Below, in pieces: positions 54,372 through 64,000 of a DNA stretch of 64,000 nucleotides. Origin of the DNA: Octopus vulgaris (Eukaryota); NCBI GenBank assembly GCA_951406725.2, contig OX597828.1, positions 1,178,001 to 1,242,000 of the forward strand. The letters run 5' to 3'. Made by a program: the position numbers and the translations under genes. The notes beneath the pieces were generated by a model. The model was not told the DNA's origin. It was given only the letters and a program-made list of their open reading frames with translations, and made no database searches. Position 1 is the first letter of the stretch; each line of letters starts with the position of its first letter.

Positions 54372-57264
54372 TTTTGACTCATCTAGGGACCCCTCTTTCA
54401 TCTGCGTATTGAGAAGTTAGCTGCCTATTTTGTTGAGTGAGTTCGTTTTTTGTTCGTCGTTGTTTGTGTTTGCTCGTGAATTGAACAGTTATCCGTTGTG
54501 TGACAGTAATTTTTGCCCTACAGGGCTGAAAATTCTGTGTATAAACATTGTTATTACCTTCGGGATAATTTTTTTTTTTATTGAAAAATTGGTTCTCATA
54601 ATTTGAGAAATGGAGTTCGACTTGGTGTCGAGGAGCAACTTTCCCGTGATGGGAAAAGGTGAACAGAAGGATATCGAGGTTAAAAAACAGTCTTTTTCGG
54701 CCGCAGTGAACGGAACCGTAACGGAAGTAGAATTTAAAATAGAACAGTTGTTCGAATACCGGAACTTGGTAAAAAAGGAAGGCAACGAAATAAAACTGGT
54801 ACCGCCGCAAGCGATATTACAGGAAATAAAGACCAAGACAGTTGTATACAAGGTTTACAGTAACAAAGAGAAAAAAATAATGGACGTGAAGAACGAAATA
54901 GTAGAGAAGTGCTTGTCCCCGGTGTGGAGCAAAATTCGCTACATCGGTCGAGGTGCCCGCAGCACTACCGTTGAAGTACATTTCGACTCGGCTGATGTGG
55001 CAAGAGAGATTTCATCGATGACCTTAAAAAGTGAGGACATCATGTTACTACCTACTTATATGGGAAAAAGAACTGCGAAACTATATGTGGAAGACATTAC
55101 AAGAGGATATGATATAATGTGGGTAGCAGCGGCGGTTCTGCACGACGTAGAGCAGAAAGTTTCAATTCTGCAGATGAAAAGGAAAGAGGAGGTAAACTGG
55201 AAGGGACAAGCACTCGAACTCCTCGTTTAAGCAGAAAATAATGTGCTAGAAAACTTACCCGATAGGGTATTTATTGAGGAGGGAATTACAATGAGAGTGT
55301 CAGTGGAGGGGCGCAGACCTAGGTGTTTCAAATGTGGTGAAAAGGGTCACATCCGCTCGAACTGCATAAAAAAAAAGAAAAACAGCGAAGCCCCTCCTCA
55401 AAGTGCTTCAAACACAGAAAAAGAAAAGGCGGAAAAAGACCCCAAGACTACGACAAGGAAGGGAATCGAAACGGAAGATAAAAATGAACAAAAATGGAAT
55501 TTACACATGTGACACACAAAAGAAAAAAAGAGAATACCCTGGACTCCCCTCCCCAAAGAAAAAATCAGCAAACACCGCAGAGATACATACAAAACAAATT
55601 CCCCAGCCCTACCCCCACGGCACTGTCCCTCCCCATAAAACAAGATTGGAAAAAATTGATTTAAAAAAATGAAAAGATTGTAGCATTCGATGAGAAGAAC
55701 GATAGAGTGTTTAAGTATTTTAAATTTTCAAAACTGAAATTATTCAGTAAGTCTGCAGACACTAAGTCGACCACTCGTTTTGCAAAAATAAAGGAAGACG
55801 AGTGGAAGGAAAAAACACTCCAAGAACATTTTAAAAATAACCTCATTAGAGATGTAACCAACGAAATACTGGAGGGCAAACTTACAATAACCCCGGCAAC
55901 CACACCTACCCAGAGCCCTGCAGCTACGACCACAAGGGAGGAAGAAGGGGAAGCATGCAGATTTAAACTGTCATGCTCCCTGTCCCAACCGTAAGTTTAT
56001 TTTTTTCTCTCTCTCCGACAATGGCAAAGCTGGGTTGTGTGAATGTGCGTGGAATGGGGTCGAAATGGAAACAAATTTGTCTCCTGAACGACCTCACGAC
56101 ACACGGAGTGGACGTAGCTATTGTAACCGAGTCCAAGATGAACGGGGCCCAAGCGTTCTCGCCTCTTCTAAATGGTTTCGAGAAATTTATTTCTCCTAGC
56201 CGAGGAGGAGGAAGGGGCGTGGCAGTCCTTATCAGGAAGAGCTTGGACTTGCAGGTAAGTACTGTCTTTCTGGACCCAGAAGGCAGGCTGGTCGTTCTGG
56301 ATGTGACCCACGTAAGTAAACAGTCCTTCAGGTTGGTAGCTGTCTACGCTCCGAATGAGTGTAGGCAGTCGGGTTTTTTTTGGAATCTGGAGCACTTTTT
56401 AGTGACGTCGAAAACGGTAGTCTTAGTAGGGGGACTTTAACACTGTCCTCGAAGCGCGGGTCGACAGTGTTGGCTCAACCAATAGGAAGGGGAACCCTAG
56501 TCTCAAGGGTCTACTAGAGAGCTTTAATCTAGTAGACCGTTATCGACTGGATGAGCCGAGCGTTCCACAGTGGACGTGGAGTAACAACGACGGCTCACGC
56601 AGATCGTATATACATAAGATATTCGTTAGGAAAAGAGATAAGGATACGTTTAGTTGTCCACAGTTTCACATTGTGCCTTACACGGATCACAAATTTGTGA
56701 CTTGTAGGGTGCAATTAGATAAGTGTCATAGACAGGGACCCGGGTACTGGAAGCTGAACAAGTCTATTTTGAATTGTGAAGACTTCCGTACCCGGATTAA
56801 GGTGTTAGTACAGAGGGCATTATGTGGCACCATCATTAACAATAGATGGTGGCACTCCCTCAAAAGAGCCATTCGTTCAGAGTCCATTAGATTTAGCAAT
56901 CAGCTAAGGTTAGATAGGTCTAGGATAGAGGACGATTTAGTTAAGAATCTAAACGAGGCAATGGAATCTGGCTCTGCATCCGGAGTGATGGCGGCAAGGA
57001 CGGTATTGTACCGTCACCTTAACTCCAAACACGAAGGTTGCAGAGTTAGAGCTAAGCTATGCGCAGGGAAACGAGAAGGTATTAACGTTGCCGGATGGGC
57101 CCGTCGAGTGGAGAGTCAGAGAGGCAACAAAGCTTCAATCAAGTCTTTAACTGACGAACAGGGACACAAGATCTATGGACAGGAGGAGATGCAAAAGTTT
57201 CTTCACCAGCATTTCACCCGCGCATTTGGGGGTGGTGGTTCGCTGGAGCCGGGCAGGGCCTTAA

Positions 57265-58733
57265 CCCTTTCGATACCAAATCGCCCAAAGCCGCCCGAAA
57301 AAAATTTTGGTTAATGTGACCAAACCGCCCAAACTCGCCCGTATTTACCTATTCATATTTAAATGAGAATATCAGAGCAAATCTCTTTAGTACATTCGTG
57401 AAAACACGTATTATACTTCGTAAAGAGTTCAACTACAGTTTTGTACAACAATCTAAGTGTAATTTTAATTCCGTGAATTTTGGGAGATTTTTTTCCGAAA
57501 TTTGTTCCTATTGTGTTTTCAAAATTTGTAATTCTGACAAAAAATGGATACGAATTTCATTATATCAAGCAGCGAGTCAGAATTCGAAGGATTTTCTACT
57601 GAAGACCTTCATAAATCTAACTCAATGACTGAAAAAAAAGCACGTGGTATTTGATAATGAATCTGATGTTTCATTTTCCGAAAGTGAAAATAGTGAATTC
57701 GAGAGCTCCGACAGCGATAAAGAAAATGAATTGGCACCTGAATGGAGTGAAAATTTAAAAACTGTTTCTTTCGGTGATTTTTCTGAAGAAACTGGACCAA
57801 GCCGGAGTGGCGCAGGAGTGGCTGTGTGGTAAGTAGCTTGCTAACCAACCACACGGTTGCGGGTTCAGTCCCACTGCGTGGCATCTTGGGCAAGTGTCTT
57901 CTGCTATAGCCCCGGGCCGACCAATGCCTTGTGAGTGGATTTGGTAGACGGAAACTGAAAGAAGCCTGTCGTATATATGTATATATGTATGTATGCGTGT
58001 GTTTGTGTGTCTGTGTTTGTCCCCCTAGCATTGCTTGACAACCGATGCTGGTGTATTTAGGTCCCCGTCACTTAGCGGTTCGGCAAAAAGAGACCGATAG
58101 AATAAGTACTAAAAGGTGGTGCTCCAGCATGGCCGCAGTCAAATGACTGAAACAAGTAAAAAGAGAGAGAGTAAAAAGAGAGTAAGCCACAGACTTTCCC
58201 AGAAGAGTAAAGCCTTAGACTATTTCTTTTTACTTTTTCGAATGAGCCCATTTGAAATCATTATGGCGGAAACGAACCGTTACGCTAAACGTAAACAAAG
58301 CGAAGGAAAAGATAGTTAGTGGTTTCCCATAACCTTAAATGAAATTAAGACTATTTTGCCATAAATATTATTATGGGTATCAGAAAGTTACTCAGAATAA
58401 CAAATTCTATCGTAAAATTTTGTTGTATACCCAATTGAATATTAGTTAATAACCCATTTTCTATAGCGATGTTTGAACAACATTTTAATAATTTTATATT
58501 TTGTTGAATTTACCTGTATCTACCTGCAATTAGAGTCACTTTGTGACAAAAATTATAGTATAGAATTGGTTGTGAACATTTCATTAAATTATCTTCCAAA
58601 ATTCGCGTTAATATATTGATAAATAAAAAAGTTATAGTTGTTTAATGAAACCAGACTAAATTTATGATTATGTCAGAAATTAATTGAAACACATAAGGGG
58701 TGTATTTTGGTCAGAAATATAGTAACGAAAGGG
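57265..58733 (+). mobile_element. piggyBac element, internally deleted
   Basis: TTAA TSDs (57261-57264, 58734-58737) and TIRs CCCTTTCGATAC / GTAACGAAAGGG. Acidic transposase N-terminus and LDYFFLLF...IMAETNRYA...WFPITLNEIK (PGBD-like). Confidence 0.9.
57804..58183 (+). mobile_element. tRNA-derived SINE inserted in the piggyBac
   Basis: A/B-box head GGAGTGGCTGTGTGG...GGGTTCAGTCCC, 3' GAAACAAGTAAAAAGAGAG tail, TSD AAGCC at 57799-57803 and 58184-58188. Confidence 0.9.
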
Positions 58734-61088
58734 TTAAAGGACTTCCTAGCCGGCGGACCGCGGTTCTCGGGGCGTGAGGTGGAGTGCTGTGAAGGAGTGA
58801 TCACTCCCGCGGAGATAGAGGGGGTACTGGCCAGATGTGCTGCCCTACGAGTTTTATCAAAGTATGCCGGACTTGTTCGGGGGAATACTGGCAGGCGTCT
58901 ACGCGAACTGGCAGCAGAACGGGAGAATTCCCAGTGGTGACGCTAATCCAGAAAGACCCGAGCAAGGGGGATAACATTAGTAATTACAGGCCCATAACTC
59001 TACTTATTGTAGAGTTAAAGATTTTGGCCAAGGTGTTGGCAAAAAGGTTGACGACTGTCATGGAGAAACTTGTAGGGAAAGCACAGACATGTGCAATTCC
59101 AGGCAGGTCGATCCAGGACAATCTTCACCTTATACGCTACACCTTAGATAGGGTGGGTAAATTAACCGGCAAGGGCGGGGTAATGGTCCATTTAGACCAA
59201 AGTAAAACGTTCGATAGGGTAGACCATAAGTACCTGGCGATGGTCCTCGAAGCGGCTGGACTGGGCCCTGAATTTCGCGGGTGGATCTCCGCTATGTATA
59301 GCGGCATCAAGTCCACCGTCCAGATAAACGGTTACCTAATGGAACCGTTTTCGATCGAATGTTCAGTTCGTCAAGGGTGCCCCTTGTCACCACTTTTGTA
59401 CGTGTTGGCTCTCGAGCCATTGCTGCGAAAGTTGGAGAGGCTGGGAAGTAACCCGGATGAGATCGAAGGCGGGAGGACGGTTTCTGCTTATGCGGATGAC
59501 GTCACCCTCATCGTGTCCAATGAGGCTCAGCTACCTTGTGTAGAAGATGCTATCAGAGGATACGAGGCGGTGGCAGGAGCAAAAGTTAACAAGGACAAGT
59601 CGATTGGCTTACGCCTCGGCACCTAGAGGAGCAAGTCGATATCGTCCAGTGCCGTGGGACACTGGACAGATGGTCCTGTTAAGTTGCTAGGAGTTTGGTT
59701 TGGCCAGACTCCCAAACGGAGAGGAATTGGAGTGAGGTGACGGGCAAGGTGGAGGCCATAGTACGGACCTGGTCCGGAAGGTTTCTGTCCTTGAAAGGAA
59801 GGGCGGAGGTGGTACAGATGTATATTGCATCTGTAATCACTTACCGCCTGACCGTTGTCCCTTGCCCCGATTCATGGCTTAGCAAGTTGGAGCGAATCCT
59901 TTTCCGCTTTTTGTGGAAGGGAGGAAAGCCACTTGTGAGGCGCTCCGTTTGCTGCCAGGAACCGTTAAAGGGTGGGTTAGGAATGCCTTGGTTGATGATG
60001 CGCAGACATGGTTGAGGCTGAAGCATCTCTGGCACCACCTGGAGGGTGATAAGGTGTGGAGTCTGCTGGCAGGGGAATTTTTCCCAAGACCGGCTTCCTT
60101 AGTGAATTTTAAACCCGGTTGCATCAAAAGACGGAATCTGACTTTATGGCAAAAGGAGTGCCGACAGGCACTCACGCTGATCCACAAGGCGGGCAAGGCT
60201 GGCTGCGGAAATACCACCTCGGTATTTTATAGCAGGCTGGTAGAGGCAAAGAACGACGACGTCCTAGGAGGAGCTCTGGGGTTCGACGAGGACCAGCTTA
60301 CCAACCTGTTTAAAAATACTTTCAGGACGGGGTATTTGGATAATTTCCAAAGATCCCTAGCCTGGCAGTGTTACAGGAATGCTTTACCTGTTCGCGAGAA
60401 GTTATCGCGGCACGGAATTTCAGTGCCACCGACATGTCCAAGATGCGGGTTGGACGATGAAACCATCCAGCACGCTTTTGTACACTGTCGGCAGTTGTCA
60501 GACTTGATAAGTTACGCAGAACACGTGTTATCGCATCTGGGACGAGTACAGCTGTCGGCTGAGTCTATGATTAAGATGATACCGCCAACTGGACTCTCGA
60601 AGGAAAGGTGAGGCATGTTTTCACTGCACGGTTGCAGTAGTAAAAGAATGCATGTGGCGTACAAGAATGGAAGGAGTCGCAATAGGATCCTTTGTCTCAG
60701 GCCCCGGCTTGCTCACTTACTTCAGATATCATCTGAAGAGCAAAATGGGGCTGGAAAAGAAGACCTTACCATGAGGTGTGTATGAAAAAAGATGGAAGGA
60801 AGTGGCGAAAAAGGTGGGTGTCAGAAACCCAGTTTAACTATGGATGGAGAAGAGGAAAGGAAAGCTGCTGGGCCTTATAGGTTGCCGGGGTTTAAAATAT
60901 ATCAGTAAGATTTCAATCTAATGTAATGTTATATTAGTCAATGCAAAGGACAATTTAAATACAGTTTTTTGTATAATGAATAATCCATATATTTTGGAAA
61001 TTTTTAAATGAACCACTTAACTGTTTTTTGTATGTATGTCCTGTATTGTTCTTCTATGTACTGATTTTATAATCATAATAAAGAATTA

Positions 61089-61343
61089 ATCGTGATCTGG
61101 TGATTACCGCCCGTTGATAAGAGGCAGTAACCTCGAAACCGCGGTCCGGTGCGTATCACTTAGGCTTACGAGAAAGGGATGGCCTCCCTTTGCAAATACC
61201 ATAAGGGCACAGATAGTGTACCTAAAGCCAGCTAAAGCTACAGTAACACCCCCTTTTGTGGTTAGCCATATTGAGATGGCTATTGTACTTTACATTGTCA
61301 AGCGATTACTGTTTACATCTCGTTCTGAGATTTAATAATGCTT
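61089..61343 (+). repeat. Remainder of retrozyme-like unit 2
   Basis: Colinear with 54025-54281 except for a divergent middle segment; ends in (TA)n. Confidence 0.9.
61100..61159 (+). ncRNA. Type I hammerhead ribozyme with U3-A8 covariant core, predicted cleavage after C61146
   Basis: GTGATTACCGCCCG (stem I 5') - TTGATAA - GAGG CAGTAA CCTC (stem II) - GAAA - CCGCGG (palindromic stem III) - TC - CGGTGCGTATCAC (stem I 3'). Confidence 0.8.
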
Positions 61344-61649
61344 ATATATATATGCCTGTGCATATATGGGTACAGCACATAAAAAAGACGTGAACAAAAT
61401 GAAAAATGAGAACATAAAAAAACAAAGACATGGAAAATTAACTTTTTTCGAACAATGAAAGAAACAAGTAGAGAAACGAGGAGGCAACATGAAGAACGAT
61501 TCCTTCATCAGTTGTCCCCTGTTTTATCTACTCTGCATTTCAAATGTTGGGACAAGACGCGACTTCGTTACAACAGTCGTTCTCGCAAAGCAATTTAAAT
61601 AAAATTTTGGATTTGCAGAGAGTTAAAGTGGTAACAAAAACAGGACAGT

Positions 61650-62490
61650 ATGTGTATTTCTGCATTTGATATACCTGGTTTCAGGTGTGTTTACATAAGT
61701 GCTATGAATAATGCTTTGATTGCATGCAACAATGTCCCTCAGGGAAGGAATTTTTGTCCTGTTATTTAGTGTTAACAGTCCTTTGATGTTCAGTAAGAGC
61801 ACCGATATGATGTGTGTGTTGTTGCCAGTGGTGTCCACCTTGGGTCCATTTGCTGCAGTGGTCTTGTGTATTGGGGATAGTCCCATCTGTGAGATTGATG
61901 CAGCCAGGTTAGTTGCTGTACAATCTTTTGTGCCATGCAAAAAAAAGATTCTTGTTCAGCAGCTATCCTTTCAACAACATGTTGATAGGACTGGTTTGTA
62001 GCATGCGCTATATTTGCATATTTCTGTTTTGAGGCAGGTGCTATGTAATCCTTTCCCTTTTGCGAGTGGATTCCACTCTGTTTCATGTTTGTGTGGCAGG
62101 GTCTTTGGTGTGCAAAACAGCAGCTTGCACCTCCTTCTCCATGCTAGTAGACCTTTCAAGTAGAATTTACATATTCGTATGTGCTGTCTCTTTTTAACAT
62201 TTTTTGATGTATAGGCAGTCACACTTGCTTCTTTGTTTGGCTTTGTTTTTTGCTCCTTTTGGTCTTCCTTTCTGGGCTCTTTCACCTCCTTGGCTTTTTA
62301 CTTTGATGGTGGTAGGGGCACTTGGGTTTTCTTTCCTTGCTGGTCTCTTTGTACCGTCTTCTTTGTTTACCTGAATGTCTACCAAGTGGGGAGAACATCT
62401 TTCACATATATCCATGCCTCTGATCTTGTCATCTTTGCTCTGTTCATTATCAAAGGTGGCATCAAGTGTGCTAATGTGAGATCTTATGAG
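61650..62490 (-). mobile_element. CR1-like LINE 5' fragment
   Basis: Homologous to ~25975-26820 (ICKFYLKG, SVLLLNIKGL..NRTKIP). Confidence 0.85.
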
Positions 62491-62539
62491 AGCGTAGGAG
62501 TGTATAAACTCCTGCATCTTTCGCTCTATCTGTTTTGTG

Positions 62540-62800
62540 TTCTTTGTATGAATTTTGAATAACCCTAGCTGTGTGAATGGTACATTACCATCCTGAAAGA
62601 TTACCCTATCATCAGGGAATGATGTTTGTACTAATTGATGGATATAATCAACTAAAATATCCAATTAATCCTTGGCATTAACTTTGCCATGTAGAAAAAC
62701 TAAAGGACCAAAAGAATTCTGTGATATGGCTGCCCAAATCATCACAAAGCCACCACCTCCATGCTTGACAGCATGGTTAAAGGCTTCTTTGGGCTGTCTA
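62540..62800 (-). mobile_element. Tc1/mariner transposase fragment
   Basis: GGGGFVMIWAAIS...GKVNAKD...DILVDYIH...IFQDGNVP (DDE region). Confidence 0.75.
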
Positions 62801-63559
62801 CATATTGCTCTGGTTATAATTTACAAAGTCTTATCTGCCAATTAATTCATTGATTAAATCATCAAATAAGCCACCTCTCAAAGAATGATGAGTGGCCATT
62901 TTTTAAAAGAAAGTTTTGATAAAATAAACCTTAGGAGGAGGGGGGGAATCACAAAAATTCAACATGTTTGTTGTTAACATTGACCCATGCATGAATAAAT
63001 GATAGAGAAAGGGATTACATTTTTGTCCTTTAGATTAGAGACTTGCATAACTCCTTTTAAAACTGATGTAAACAAGAGTAATTCAATTTGTGCAGTTTCA
63101 GACAGTGTAGGACAGATAGACTGGTAGATACAGTGTTGTACAGATTCATGTTCTACAGGGTGCTAATCTATATGTTAATATGGTAAGGCCAAATGCATTA
63201 AGCTGTTACGTGACTAGTTAAAGGGAGTGGTGAAGAACAAGGCAAAAAGGAGAGAGAAGTGTTAACATGTGGTAAGGGAAAAGTAATAGTTATTACATGG
63301 TTAGCAAGTTAGTTGAAGGGAGAGATATAGAGTAAGAGAGTTTGAAATACAATATTTTAGCAGAAGAGTGATGTTCTGCTGGTGAGGTTAAAAAAATGTA
63401 CATAAAGAGAGAGTGGAGGGCAGTTATATTAAGAGTGAGAGATAGTATGCTAGCCAATGCATTATGCTGTTATATGGTTAGTGGGAGAGGTAAAGAGAAA
63501 CAGAGAAATGATAATGATGTGAAGAGGGGAATTACATAGGTAAGAAGTTTGTTGAAGTT

Positions 63560-64000
63560 ATGAGGGTTGGCTGAAAAGTTCATCACAGGCTGAGCAAGAT
63601 ACTCTCATGGAATGACCAAATGAGGTTTATTTTTCGACAATTTCCCTTGTGGTTTATACACTTCTTCCATCAGTGTTGCAGTGCCTGGATCTTATTGATG
63701 AAGAAGCTTTCATCCTGTTGATTGAAAAAGTCATCAACAGCAGATACGATATTATCATTACTGTGATACTGGTTCCTGACCAAGTGTTTTTTCACCCTAA
63801 CCCTAACCCAAATTAGGAGAATAGGTGATCAATCTGTTTAAAGCCACAGTCACACACAGCAACCATTGAAACCAAGGATTTGTGTGTTGGAGCATTGACT
63901 GATGAAACAAGATCCCTTTCATCAGTTTTCCTGGGCATTTGGTCTTGATAGCCTTTTGTAATGCTTCAGCAAGTTGGCATAATTCTCTTCATTGTTGGTG
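63560..64000 (-). mobile_element. Mariner-like element remnant (runs off window)
   Basis: TA-TGAGGGTTGGCTGAAAAGTTC terminus resembling mariner TIRs, with decayed transposase-like sequence on -. Confidence 0.5.

Larger units (their letters stand above)
54372..61088 (+). mobile_element. Full-length Tx1-type LINE with a piggyBac insertion
   Basis: ORF1 from 54610 with CFKCGEKGHIRSNC. ORF2 from ~56021: APE, RT (QGCPLSPLLY, AYADD) and C-terminal CPRC..ETIQHAF. 3' end AATAAAGAATTA. 14-bp TSD ATCGTGATCYGGTG at 54358-54371 and 61089-61102. Confidence 0.93.

Noticed and set aside
61490-61560. CTGATGA motif on - strand as a hammerhead
   Set aside because: No stem II-GAAA downstream, and no valid stem III/NUH in the alternative topology.
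63796-63810. CCCTAACCCTAACCC telomeric repeat
   Set aside because: Only 2.5 units inside a transposon remnant.
47169-64000. Myb exon 3
   Set aside because: No exon encoding the rest of repeat R1 with splice sites was found; it probably lies beyond the window.

Overview
AT-rich, microsatellite-laden animal genomic DNA, most likely an octopus or related cephalopod (inferred from the SINE, RTE and Penelope repertoire, not from a search). There are two divergent host genes. The first is a DNAJC9-like J-domain gene whose first coding exon is at 2156-1585 (minus strand). The second is a Myb-family gene (plus strand) missed by the ORF track: a 23-nt coding exon 1 at 17454-17476 and exon 2 at 47042-47168, separated by a ~29.6 kb intron. 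Both promoters carry E2F-type sites. The rest is transposable elements, often deeply nested with readable TSDs: RTE, CR1, Tx1, R4-like and Penelope retroelements, Gypsy LTR remnants, Tc1/mariner, piggyBac, a Merlin-like MITE and SINEs. The most striking signal is a ~333-bp tandem unit carrying a hammerhead ribozyme with the compensatory U3-A8 core (UUGAUAA), resembling a non-LTR retrozyme. A full-length Tx1 LINE has inserted exactly at the 5' edge of that ribozyme, and a second Tx1 abuts the array. Other highlights are two degenerate hammerheads, a tRNA-like sequence inside a 289-bp direct-repeat unit, a near-intact PHD-containing RTE, inverted RTE pairs in the Myb intron and a twin-primed RTE insertion. 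Element boundaries without a TSD are approximate.
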